Assembly (NCBI GenBank): GCA_964493715.1
Contig: CAZBPC010000017.1
Coordinates: forward strand, 1 to 48,227
DNA: 48,227 bases
Direction: 5' to 3'
DNA from: an uncultured archaeon
GTDB lineage: Archaea; Asgardarchaeota; Lokiarchaeia; Sigyniarchaeales; SOKP01
Shown in pieces: positions 10,414 through 18,458 of this stretch. The number at the start of each line of letters is the position of its first letter. Position 1 is the stretch's first letter. The notes below the pieces were generated by a model. The model was not told where the DNA came from. It did not search any database and was given only the letters and a program-made list of their open reading frames with translations. A program made the position numbers and the translations under genes.

Positions 10414-11406
10414 TTATGGCGGATATCTCAATTCGTAGATGCTCTTCCCTCCATTTAATGGTCCTTTGAGGTATGGCTCAATATCTTTAGGATCACGCTG
10501 AGTGATTTCTTTAGTAGGAGGTAATTTACCAGGAGGAAATGTATTTAGAATATCTGTTACTAATTTTTCCAGGTAATTAAGAAATGCTTCCATACCTGGT
10601 TTTCCTTTTTCAAAGGTTGCTTTACTTGGACAGCCGACATGACCCTCGGGATATGCAGATACTTCAATAGGTCCAAAACCAACTTGTCCATACCAACGTA
10701 TTGGTTTCTGATATATATTTCCTGCCTTGTCAACGTGTCCTTCGGGCATCCATCCTACAACTTCATTATCTTCACATGCATCTATTTTTTTAGCCATTTC
10801 AGGAAACAAGGTCATTGAAAATGAAGTTTCTGCTTCATCAGCATGGATAAAAGGCGTTTCAAATGGACCCCCGTGTGCTGTATCTTTACAGTATTCAGGA
10901 ATGGCATGATACCAATTGACATTACAGATGACAGCAGGCAATTGATAATTCTTTGCCCATTCATGGATAGCGCTCGGGATAACATATTCTTGACCATGTC
11001 CGTTTAATAATATCATCTTGCGAAACCCCATGTTCCAACATCCCGCCATTATAGCTCTTAATAATCCCTTAAAAATATCTTCAGGCACTATAATAGTACC
11101 AGGCATTCCTACGTGATGGTATGGATGACTTCCATACCAAGTTGGTTGAGCTACAGTACATCCCGTTTTCTGAGCAACAAGTTCTGCCATCCGAGTTACT
11201 AAAAAAGTGTCTTCTCCTATACATGCGGCAGGTCCATGATTTTCTGTAGATCCAGTAGGTATAATTATGAGATCATTTTTGCTAACTCTTTCTTTGATTT
11301 CAGCAATTGACATTGTTTGAAGATATATCCCATCTGGTATATCCATATGGCCTCTACTATTACTATATTCAGGTGGTAAATTCCATTTTGTCAAGTATTC
11401 TTTCAC
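10414..11406 (-). CDS. iolN: Creatininase-family hydrolase, 3-dehydro-scyllo-inosose hydrolase (IolN-like)
   Basis: GSTENHGP, GEDTFLVTRMAE, LLNGHGQE and FIHADEAETS. Closely resembles Thermotoga IolN (TM0413) as I recall it. Confidence 0.85.
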   Translation of the reverse strand: MKEYLTKWNLPPEYSNSRGHMDIPDGIYLQTMSIAEIKERVSKNDLIIIPTGSTENHGPAACIGEDTFLVTRMAELVAQKTGCTVAQPTWYGSHPYHHVGMPGTIIVPEDIFKGLLRAIMAGCWNMGFRKMILLNGHGQEYVIPSAIHEWAKNYQLPAVICNVNWYHAIPEYCKDTAHGGPFETPFIHADEAETSFSMTLFPEMAKKIDACEDNEVVGWMPEGHVDKAGNIYQKPIRWYGQVGFGPIEVSAYPEGHVGCPSKATFEKGKPGMEAFLNYLEKLVTDILNTFPPGKLPPTKEITQRDPKDIEPYLKGPLNGGKSIYELRYPP

Positions 11407-11492
11407 CTCAAAATTTAAGATTTAAATTTGTATAATTAGAATACCTCATATCTGATAAATTTTTTAATAATAGCAGATATTAGGTACTAGAA

Positions 11493-12308
11493 ATGTTACT
11501 CAGTATTGTATCAGGGTTAAATGAATCTATAAGTAATAAAAATGAAGTTATAAAGAAGTTTTCTTCATTATGCAATTTTTTGAAACCTTTAAATTATGAT
11601 GGAATTGAATTGAGTTTGCTTGAACCCGAAAAGATTGATGTAAATAAAATCATTGAAATCAAGGATTCCTATGACATGGAAATCCCTGCATTGGGGACAG
11701 GTTTAACATTTATCCGGTTTGGTTTTTCTTTTGGGGATTTAGAAGAGTCGATTAGAAAAAAAGCAATTGAAAGAATCGAAAAATATATCGAATTTGGTCA
11801 AAAAACCCAATCAAAAGTGATCATTGGTTTGATTCGAGGGCGTTATAAATATGATAGCAATCCCATAAAGGAGAGAATAAACATAATATCCTCCTTGAAA
11901 AAATGTTGCAAGATGGCTGAAAATCAGGGAGTTCAGCTAGTATTCGAACCAATAAATCAATTCGAAATTGATTCCTATAATACTATTTCTCAATCAAAGG
12001 AATTAATTGAAGAAATTGGATCAGATCATTTAAAATTACTAATTGATTCTTTTCATACAAATTTAGAAGAAGATCCCGCATGCATGTGGGGTGAGTTAAA
12101 GTCAATTTCTCATCATATTGGACATATTCATCTTTCAGATACCACGAGAAGAGATCCAGGATCAGGACATTTTGATTTCAAAAAATTTTTATCAGTTATT
12201 AAAGAAATGGGTTATAATCAATACGTTTCACTTGAAACGATCATGAAACCTTCATTTGAAGAGGTTGCTAAAAAATCTGCTCAATACTTGAGACTAATAC
12301 TCACGTAG
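11493..12308 (+). CDS. iolO: TIM-barrel sugar epimerase, 5-keto-L-gluconate epimerase (IolO-like)
   Basis: YDGIEL, VIIGLIRG, FEPINQFE, DSFHTNLEE, HIHLSDTTRRDPGSGHFDF. Divergent from iolN. Confidence 0.75.
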   Translation: MLLSIVSGLNESISNKNEVIKKFSSLCNFLKPLNYDGIELSLLEPEKIDVNKIIEIKDSYDMEIPALGTGLTFIRFGFSFGDLEESIRKKAIERIEKYIEFGQKTQSKVIIGLIRGRYKYDSNPIKERINIISSLKKCCKMAENQGVQLVFEPINQFEIDSYNTISQSKELIEEIGSDHLKLLIDSFHTNLEEDPACMWGELKSISHHIGHIHLSDTTRRDPGSGHFDFKKFLSVIKEMGYNQYVSLETIMKPSFEEVAKKSAQYLRLILT

Positions 12309-12330
12309 GTAGTATAATGGAATATTAATG

Positions 12331-13362
12331 TTATAGGTGGGGTTTTAATATTCCATCTGCTGAAGTATCACCATAGATTTCTCTCCCTAATTTTCTCAAA
12401 CCATCCATTCCTATAGGTTCTTCCTGGAGTCTATCGGATTCCCAAATTTTTAAACTTTGGAATTCATTTCTAATATCGTAAAGATATTTTTGTTGAATAG
12501 ATGATACTTTCCTACAGAAATCGCACGTTTTTGCATGTTTCTTTGGAATCAGCATGTTTATGTGAGCTGCATCAAGTGTAATGTACTTTCGAGTCAAATC
12601 TCGAGCTCTCTTAATTTCTTCGAAACTAGGTTTCTCTGCTATTGTAACTAATCGTAATGATCCGACAGTATGTATGAGATCCGTTATCCTTTCTCCACGC
12701 TTTTCAAGTTCAACTATCATATTGAGTATTTCTTTTCCTAATTCTTTTCTCTTTTCATAATCATCAAATGGTTTAACCAATTGACGTATGACTTTAGAAA
12801 ATTTTCTTATCGCGTCTTTTATAGAATTATAGAAATTCAATGAATATTTTAACATGACCTTGGCCTGATCTTCAGGAATTTCGAAAAGAGCAACCATATT
12901 ACCAGTTGGGGGAAAATCTGCAATGATTAGATCAAATTGCTCTTCTGGAGCGTCAAGATTTTCAGCATCCAAGATTTTTTGAAAGAACATGGCATTTTTT
13001 AGAGCAAGAGGTATTGAGTCGGAAGTAAACATTTCATCAATATTCTTTTCGATTTGTGGGAGTTTTCCAATGACAGGCATTTCTTTCATCAACTGTTTCA
13101 TTTTATCTATCAAATTTTTCGTATAGCGTTCAGCATATTCATTAGGATCTGGCTCAACTGCCCATAAATTTGTTGCTAAAGGCGTGATTTCTTTTCCTAT
13201 CTCGCAAGCAAAAAGATCAGAAAGATTATGAGCAATATCAAATGACAGTATTAAAATTTTTTTGCTTGGTAAAAGATCTGACAAAACTACAGCCGTAGCC
13301 GCGCTAATAGAACTTTTTCCAACCCCTCCTTTACCCCCAAAAACCAGAATTTTCTCTATCAT
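12331..13362 (-). CDS. ArsA/Get3-family ATPase (single domain)
   Basis: GGKGGVGKS deviant P-loop, DIAHNLSD switch I, DFPPTG switch II and a C-terminal CDFC (CxxC). Confidence 0.88.
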   Translation of the reverse strand: MIEKILVFGGKGGVGKSSISAATAVVLSDLLPSKKILILSFDIAHNLSDLFACEIGKEITPLATNLWAVEPDPNEYAERYTKNLIDKMKQLMKEMPVIGKLPQIEKNIDEMFTSDSIPLALKNAMFFQKILDAENLDAPEEQFDLIIADFPPTGNMVALFEIPEDQAKVMLKYSLNFYNSIKDAIRKFSKVIRQLVKPFDDYEKRKELGKEILNMIVELEKRGERITDLIHTVGSLRLVTIAEKPSFEEIKRARDLTRKYITLDAAHINMLIPKKHAKTCDFCRKVSSIQQKYLYDIRNEFQSLKIWESDRLQEEPIGMDGLRKLGREIYGDTSADGILKPHL

Positions 13363-13420
13363 TATAAATATTAAAAGTTAATAACTATAAACTTAAATCA
13401 TATTAAATTTAAAAAAAGTT

Positions 13421-13612
13421 TTACTTATTTAATGGAAATTCCTTTTTTGGGAAGATTATTATTTTAACGGTCATTTCTGAATCTTCATTTTTACAATCTT
13501 TTATGTAATAAATGTAAATCCTTCCAAAATCTGTTGTTACCCGATATTTCTCCGTTACATTAGTCTTTTTTGAAAGCCGATCTAATATAATAGCATTCCA
13601 ATAAATACTCAT
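13421..13612 (-). CDS. Short hypothetical ORF or gene fragment
   Basis: 63-aa ATG ORF with no recognisable motif. Confidence 0.25.
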   Translation of the reverse strand: MSIYWNAIILDRLSKKTNVTEKYRVTTDFGRIYIYYIKDCKNEDSEMTVKIIIFPKKEFPLNK

Positions 13613-13822
13613 TTATTTATTATAAGAAAAATGATTAAAGAAAGGTCATTTTACGTAGGTATTATCTTTTATTCCGAGAGATCTCAAGATCTGTTTCTAA
13701 AATGAAAAAAAATAAATTATATGAACTCCTTTAATGATTATCATCATTGTAAATTTAATTAAAAGAATTAAAATTATTCAATCAATTAATTTAACAAATT
13801 ATAGATAATAACAATCAAAGAA

Positions 13823-15042
13823 GTGATCAATATAACTAATCAAGTTGATTTTACAACTAAATATATTATTGAAGCGAATTTCAAAATTATGGGAGTGGTC
13901 GAAAAATCCGATATTGTCGGTGCGATATTTGGCCAAAGATAAAAGATTTAAGCCATTTCGGCATAATCGGCTAAACCGAAGGTCTTCTTTTGGATCTTGA
14001 CTTACGAGATCTTCAAAAGTCAGGAAGAATAGGGCGTATTGAGGTTGATACTGAATCTAAGGAAGGAGTTACCGAAGGAGTTATCAAGATTCCCAGTAGC
14101 CTTACACGAAAAGAAACCGCACTATTAGCAGCGACAGTAGAGTCTGTATCGAGAGTTGGTCCTTGTGAAGCAGAAATCACTCTTATTGAAATTCGAGATG
14201 TACGTGAAAGAAAACGAAAGAAAATAATCGAAAGAGCAACAGAACTTCTGAAAGAATGGGATCAAAATTCATTAGAACCAAGTGAAATAGAAGAGAAAAT
14301 AGACACTGATATTAAATTAGGGGAAATTATCTCTTGGGGTCCAGAAAATCTTCCTGCAGGTCCAGATGTAGAATCTAATAAGGAATTAATTATTGTAGAA
14401 GGGAGAGCAGATGTTCTAAATCTTCTAAGGATTGATGTGAAAAATACTATAGCCGTCCAAGGGACTCAAATACCGAAATCAATTGTTGATCTTGCAAAAA
14501 CCAAAAGCTCAGTTATAGTATTTTTAGATGGAGATAGAGGTGGTACTATAATTCAAAAGGAATTAGCACAACTAATAAAGATCGATTACATTGCCCGCGC
14601 TCCCGAAGGTTATGAAGTAGAAGAATTAACCAGAAAGCAAATGATTAAATCTTTGCAAAATAAAAAATCTATAGATGACATAGAAGAAAAAGATTCAGAG
14701 CCAGTGGAAAAAGAATATTCTGGAAGAGATGCGAACCTTAAGAAATTTTTAAAAGGCACTAAATTAAAAAATCACGATGCAATAATTGAAGTGATTAAAA
14801 ATGTACCTTCAGGGCAAGGTTTGGGTTTTAATAAGAATATGGAAAAATTATTCGAAATTCCTGTTGGAGAACTCTTCGAAAAAATCAAAGAATATAAAAA
14901 CACTCAAGTTTTGATTTTAGACGGTATCTTAACAAAGAGATTACTATCTTCCGCTTTATCGATGAAACTAAAATTAATAGCATGTAAAAATAAGGAAGAA
15001 GACCTCACCATTCCATACAATATTGTAGTTTTCTTTTTCTGA
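13823..15042 (+). CDS. dnaG: Archaeal DnaG (TOPRIM, exosome-associated), encoded as exon 1 13823-13936 plus exon 2 13975-15042, about 393 aa if spliced
   Basis: Exon 1 reads ...TTKYIIEANFKIMGVVEKSDIVGAIFGQ. Exon 2 reads TEGLLLDLDLRDLQKSGRIGRIEV...IIVEGRADV...FLDGDRGG. Joined, they give the conserved archaeal DnaG N-terminus. The GTG start at 13823 is tentative. Confidence 0.9.
13937..13974 (+). other. Putative BHB/BHL-type mRNA intron in dnaG (38 nt)
   Basis: Central helix GGCC(13931-34)/GGCT(13969-72), 3-nt AAA bulges (13935-37, 13973-75) and inner helix GAT/ATC. Cutting after the second bulge nucleotide at each site joins CAA|ACC in frame. Confidence 0.8.
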
Positions 15043-15052
15043 TTTCCTTTTT

Positions 15053-15502
15053 TTATTTTTTTTTAAAATTAATATTTATAGGAATTCCATTTAAAATAGG
15101 TTCATAAACAGGGCAGTATTTTATGAATTCTTCAATACAATTATCAAGTTCTGACTTATTGGTATTTTCTTTTAGAACAAGGTTAAATTCAACATAAATT
15201 TGCTTCAATCTTAAATAAAGGTTTGGTTGGTCATGTTTTAAAACACCATCTATGATGGTTTCTAAATTATCTATTTCAATCTCTTTTTTATGTAAACAAT
15301 ATACAAATGTTGATGATAAGCATCCTCCTATACCAATTAGAAGATATTCAACAGGACTGGGGGCTAAATCAGTGCCATGGAATGTCTGAGGTTCATCTAT
15401 CAAAATGTTATCAAAATCACGCGTTTTTGCTTTAAAATGAAGATTATTACAGTAATTAATTGTAATTTTCATAAAAAGACCACATATCTTTGGTAAAATC
15501 AC
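15053..15502 (-). CDS. OsmC family protein (start probably ATG at 15472)
   Basis: IDEPQTFHGTDLAPSPVEYLLIGIGGC and KYCPVY. Confidence 0.88.
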   Translation of the reverse strand: MILPKICGLFMKITINYCNNLHFKAKTRDFDNILIDEPQTFHGTDLAPSPVEYLLIGIGGCLSSTFVYCLHKKEIEIDNLETIIDGVLKHDQPNLYLRLKQIYVEFNLVLKENTNKSELDNCIEEFIKYCPVYEPILNGIPININFKKK

Positions 15503-15521
15503 ACAATAATTGAGAGAATTA

Positions 15522-15776
15522 TCACAATCCTATTCCTAATGCGCTGTTTATTAGCGTGAATATCAGTTGAATAACATAAGATACCGCGCCTAATAAGACT
15601 AAACCTATTGCACATATCTTAAAAATTGTGAAGTATTCTTTTCTATCCGGTTTATTGGCAATCTTAATTATTCTTTTGGTATTTTGGAAGAAAATCCCTA
15701 TTCTATTATATAAACTTGGTTTTTTCTTTTTATCATACTCAGAATATTTATCATATTTGGGGTAAGCTTTTGACAC
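15522..15776 (-). CDS. secE: Protein translocase SecE/Sec61-gamma
   Basis: RIIKIANKPDRKEY followed by a single C-terminal TM helix. Downstream of ftsY. Confidence 0.9.
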   Translation of the reverse strand: MSKAYPKYDKYSEYDKKKKPSLYNRIGIFFQNTKRIIKIANKPDRKEYFTIFKICAIGLVLLGAVSYVIQLIFTLINSALGIGL

Positions 15777-15876
15777 AAATAAATTAAAATTGAATATTTA
15801 AAAAACTTAACTATGCATCAATTTTAGTAAGTATGTAATCTATTCGATGAAATACATTATCATTAATAGTTCTCAA

Positions 15877-16782
15877 CTATTCTTGAATCTCAAGGATGCT
15901 TGAGATAAAAAATTCTTTATTAAAAGGTATAAGATCATCATATCCTTGCCCCATTCCTATGAAAATTATTGGTTTTTTCGTTTCATAAGTTATGGATAAA
16001 GCAGCTCCCCCTTTAGCGTCTGCATCTATCTTTGTTAAAATATTGACATCAATTCCTACATGCTTATTAAATTCTTTTGCTTGATTCAATGCATCATTTC
16101 CCGCTAAACTATCACCTACAAATACTATTAAATCTGGTTGAGCTACTCTTACGATTTTTTGCATTTCTATCATCAGATTTTTGTTCGTGACTTGTCTACC
16201 AGCGGTATCTATTAAAACAACTTCTACATTTTTTGCTTTAGCGTGCTGTATTGCATCAAACGCCACACTAGCGGGATCTGATTTGTATTCATGTTTTATT
16301 ATTCTAATTCCTACCTTTTCCGCGTGATAGCTCAGTTGTTCTATTGCTGCCGCCCTGAAGGTATCTGCTGCTGCCATAACAGAACTAATGCCATTTTTCT
16401 TTAAAAAATGAGCAAATTTTGCAATTGTAGTTGTTTTTCCCGTACCATTTACTCCTAAGAAGAGAATTACATATGGCAAACCATTAGCGTTTTTTGACCT
16501 AATATCACTAATTACATCTATTTCTTTTTCAGGAGTCAATATCTCAGAAACAATATTTTTGAGATTTTCGAATAGAATCTTTCTTTTCGAGGAAAATACT
16601 CCAACAGGTAAATCTTTAAGAGAATTATTGATTTTTGAGCATATAATATCAGCTGTTTCTATTGCCACATCATTGCTGATTAATAAAAGGTTCAGTTCAG
16701 ATAATGTTGATTCAAGTTTTTCTTCAGTTAAAGTTTTTTTGATAAAATTTGAAAAAACTCCCTTTAAACCCTTTTTTTTCAC
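15877..16782 (-). CDS. ftsY: SRP receptor FtsY (NG domain)
   Basis: GVNGTGKTTTIAK, DTFRAAAIEQL, DTAGR and TKIDADAKGGAALS. Confidence 0.96.
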   Translation of the reverse strand: MKKKGLKGVFSNFIKKTLTEEKLESTLSELNLLLISNDVAIETADIICSKINNSLKDLPVGVFSSKRKILFENLKNIVSEILTPEKEIDVISDIRSKNANGLPYVILFLGVNGTGKTTTIAKFAHFLKKNGISSVMAAADTFRAAAIEQLSYHAEKVGIRIIKHEYKSDPASVAFDAIQHAKAKNVEVVLIDTAGRQVTNKNLMIEMQKIVRVAQPDLIVFVGDSLAGNDALNQAKEFNKHVGIDVNILTKIDADAKGGAALSITYETKKPIIFIGMGQGYDDLIPFNKEFFISSILEIQE

Positions 16783-16824
16783 TAATCCATCACAAGTATT
16801 TATATTTTAGAATAAGAATGAATT

Positions 16825-17253
16825 CTATTGTTTTTGATTAAGGGCCCCTTGGAGGGATTCTCCCATACCTTGAAGAGCGAATTCAATAGATTGAAGTCTT
16901 TCTATTATGTATTTCATACTTTCACTATATTTTTCTATTAATTTATCGATGAACTCAATCGATTCTCCTAAACTCTTTTCAATTGCAACATCTTGACCTA
17001 CAAATAGTAAAGCATTATTTGTATCTTTGATGGAGGCTTTAATGCTAACAATACCACCAATGGGAATTAATATTTCATCATCTTCCTTAACACCATCCAT
17101 AATGTTTTGTATTGTTTTCTTGCTATTTTGAAAATTAAGAAGGGATGCATTCATTAATTCAAACTGATTTTGATATATATCTCTTTGTTCTTGTAAATAG
17201 CGAAATTGAGTTAGTTGACGTTGAAAATCTTGAGATTGTTCCATATAAGCCAC
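16825..17253 (-). CDS. pfdA: Prefoldin alpha subunit
   Basis: Coiled coils flanking EILIPIGG...LLFVGQDVAIEKS. Conserved operon position. Confidence 0.9.
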   Translation of the reverse strand: MAYMEQSQDFQRQLTQFRYLQEQRDIYQNQFELMNASLLNFQNSKKTIQNIMDGVKEDDEILIPIGGIVSIKASIKDTNNALLFVGQDVAIEKSLGESIEFIDKLIEKYSESMKYIIERLQSIEFALQGMGESLQGALNQKQ

Positions 17254-17268
17254 CTTTAAGAAATAACT

Positions 17269-17496
17269 TTATTGCGATAATTCCCTTATAAGATAATCAG
17301 TAGATTCTTCTAATGATATCTCTCTAATTTCTTGTATTTTAATTTGTCTCCGAAAAATACCGATAGATGTAATTTGACTGAGAGCTTTTTCAAGGGCATC
17401 TTCTTCTTTCATTGCTCGAACTTCTTTTCGGAATAAATATTTTCTATAATTCTTATTGTATGTTCCTACAATTCGATAAATTTTAATCTCTGACAT
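17269..17496 (-). CDS. rpl18a: 50S ribosomal protein L18Ae/LX (eL20)
   Basis: KIYRIVG, FRKEVRA..EEDALEK and RRQIKIQEI. Lies between eIF6 and pfdA. Confidence 0.88.
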   Translation of the reverse strand: MSEIKIYRIVGTYNKNYRKYLFRKEVRAMKEEDALEKALSQITSIGIFRRQIKIQEIREISLEESTDYLIRELSQ

Positions 17497-17606
17497 AATA
17501 GTTCAGATCTTTAGTCGCAATATGTTTAACCTTGAAAATTAATCTAAAAATATTAAATTTTGCTTTTTTTATAATACTCTTTATTTTAAAGTAAAAAAGG
17601 TGAATC

Positions 17607-18287
17607 TTATAATCTTAAAACATTAGTTAATCGCATCATTTCGGGACCAGTACACGCTTGACCAAAAATACTATCACTATCATTAACTGCTGCTCCAGAG
17701 GATACGTAAGGTATGCCTCGATTAACTGTGGAAACATCTACCTCCTCAACCTTCAAAATTTCAGTTATCTGCTCTATTTCTGGATCACTAGTTAGGGGAT
17801 GTACTAAGCAACCATTATTATTGCAAACACCAATCGAACCGGGAAGGTAAAAGTTAGCAAAATCAAAAATGACGGTTTCGACATTTAAAACATCTTCAAT
17901 TTCCTTTCTAACGTCTTTTAAAAGAGTGCTGATAATCGCTCCTTTATCATTGCACAAAATCATATTTCCAAAAGCATTATCTAAGGATTTAAGTTCTCCT
18001 ATTTGATAAGATGGAGAGACTTGCTTTGTGTATAAATTCAAATTCTCTAACTCATCATCTCTAATTATGTAAGGGACTATTATACCATATTTATTGCTAG
18101 CAGTATAAATACCGACTAAATTTGAGTTATTAACTGAAAGAGGAAACATAGGGACTCTAAATGTGCTCTTTATTTTTTCTACTGGTACATTCATTAATGT
18201 AGATGGATATAGACCAAACAAGTTATTAATTGATAAATATACTCCGACCGAATTTTTACCAAATAGTTGGTATTTTAATATAGTCAT
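17607..18287 (-). CDS. eif6: Translation initiation factor 6 (aIF6), start likely ATG at 18287
   Basis: GNMILCNDKGA, CNNNGCLVHP, TVNRGIPYV and TGPEMMRL. Confidence 0.92.
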   Translation of the reverse strand: MTILKYQLFGKNSVGVYLSINNLFGLYPSTLMNVPVEKIKSTFRVPMFPLSVNNSNLVGIYTASNKYGIIVPYIIRDDELENLNLYTKQVSPSYQIGELKSLDNAFGNMILCNDKGAIISTLLKDVRKEIEDVLNVETVIFDFANFYLPGSIGVCNNNGCLVHPLTSDPEIEQITEILKVEEVDVSTVNRGIPYVSSGAAVNDSDSIFGQACTGPEMMRLTNVLRL

Positions 18288-18458
18288 TTTGAACTCAATG
18301 ATGTGTTGTACTTGATGCAAAAGGTTTAAAACCATAAATATTTTATTAAAAATGCGTAAGTTACTTAACCTTACTATTTAAACAATGTAGGTTCTTAACA
18401 AAATTCCTTCTATATTCTTAGTTAATGTTTATTAACAAAGTTAACTCAATTATAATTT

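Noticed and set aside
13937-13974. Programmed frameshift, MITE or tandem-duplication artefact as the cause of the dnaG split
   Set aside because: A frameshift would add about 12 residues inside a highly conserved motif. There are no convincing terminal inverted repeats with a target duplication, and the insert does not copy the flanks. BHB-predicted cuts restore the motif exactly. Ribosomal bypassing cannot be formally excluded.
13990-15042. dnaG as a complete 350-aa gene starting at TTG 13990
   Set aside because: The start falls inside the conserved TEGLL-DLDLR motif, and the missing N-terminus is present intact upstream.
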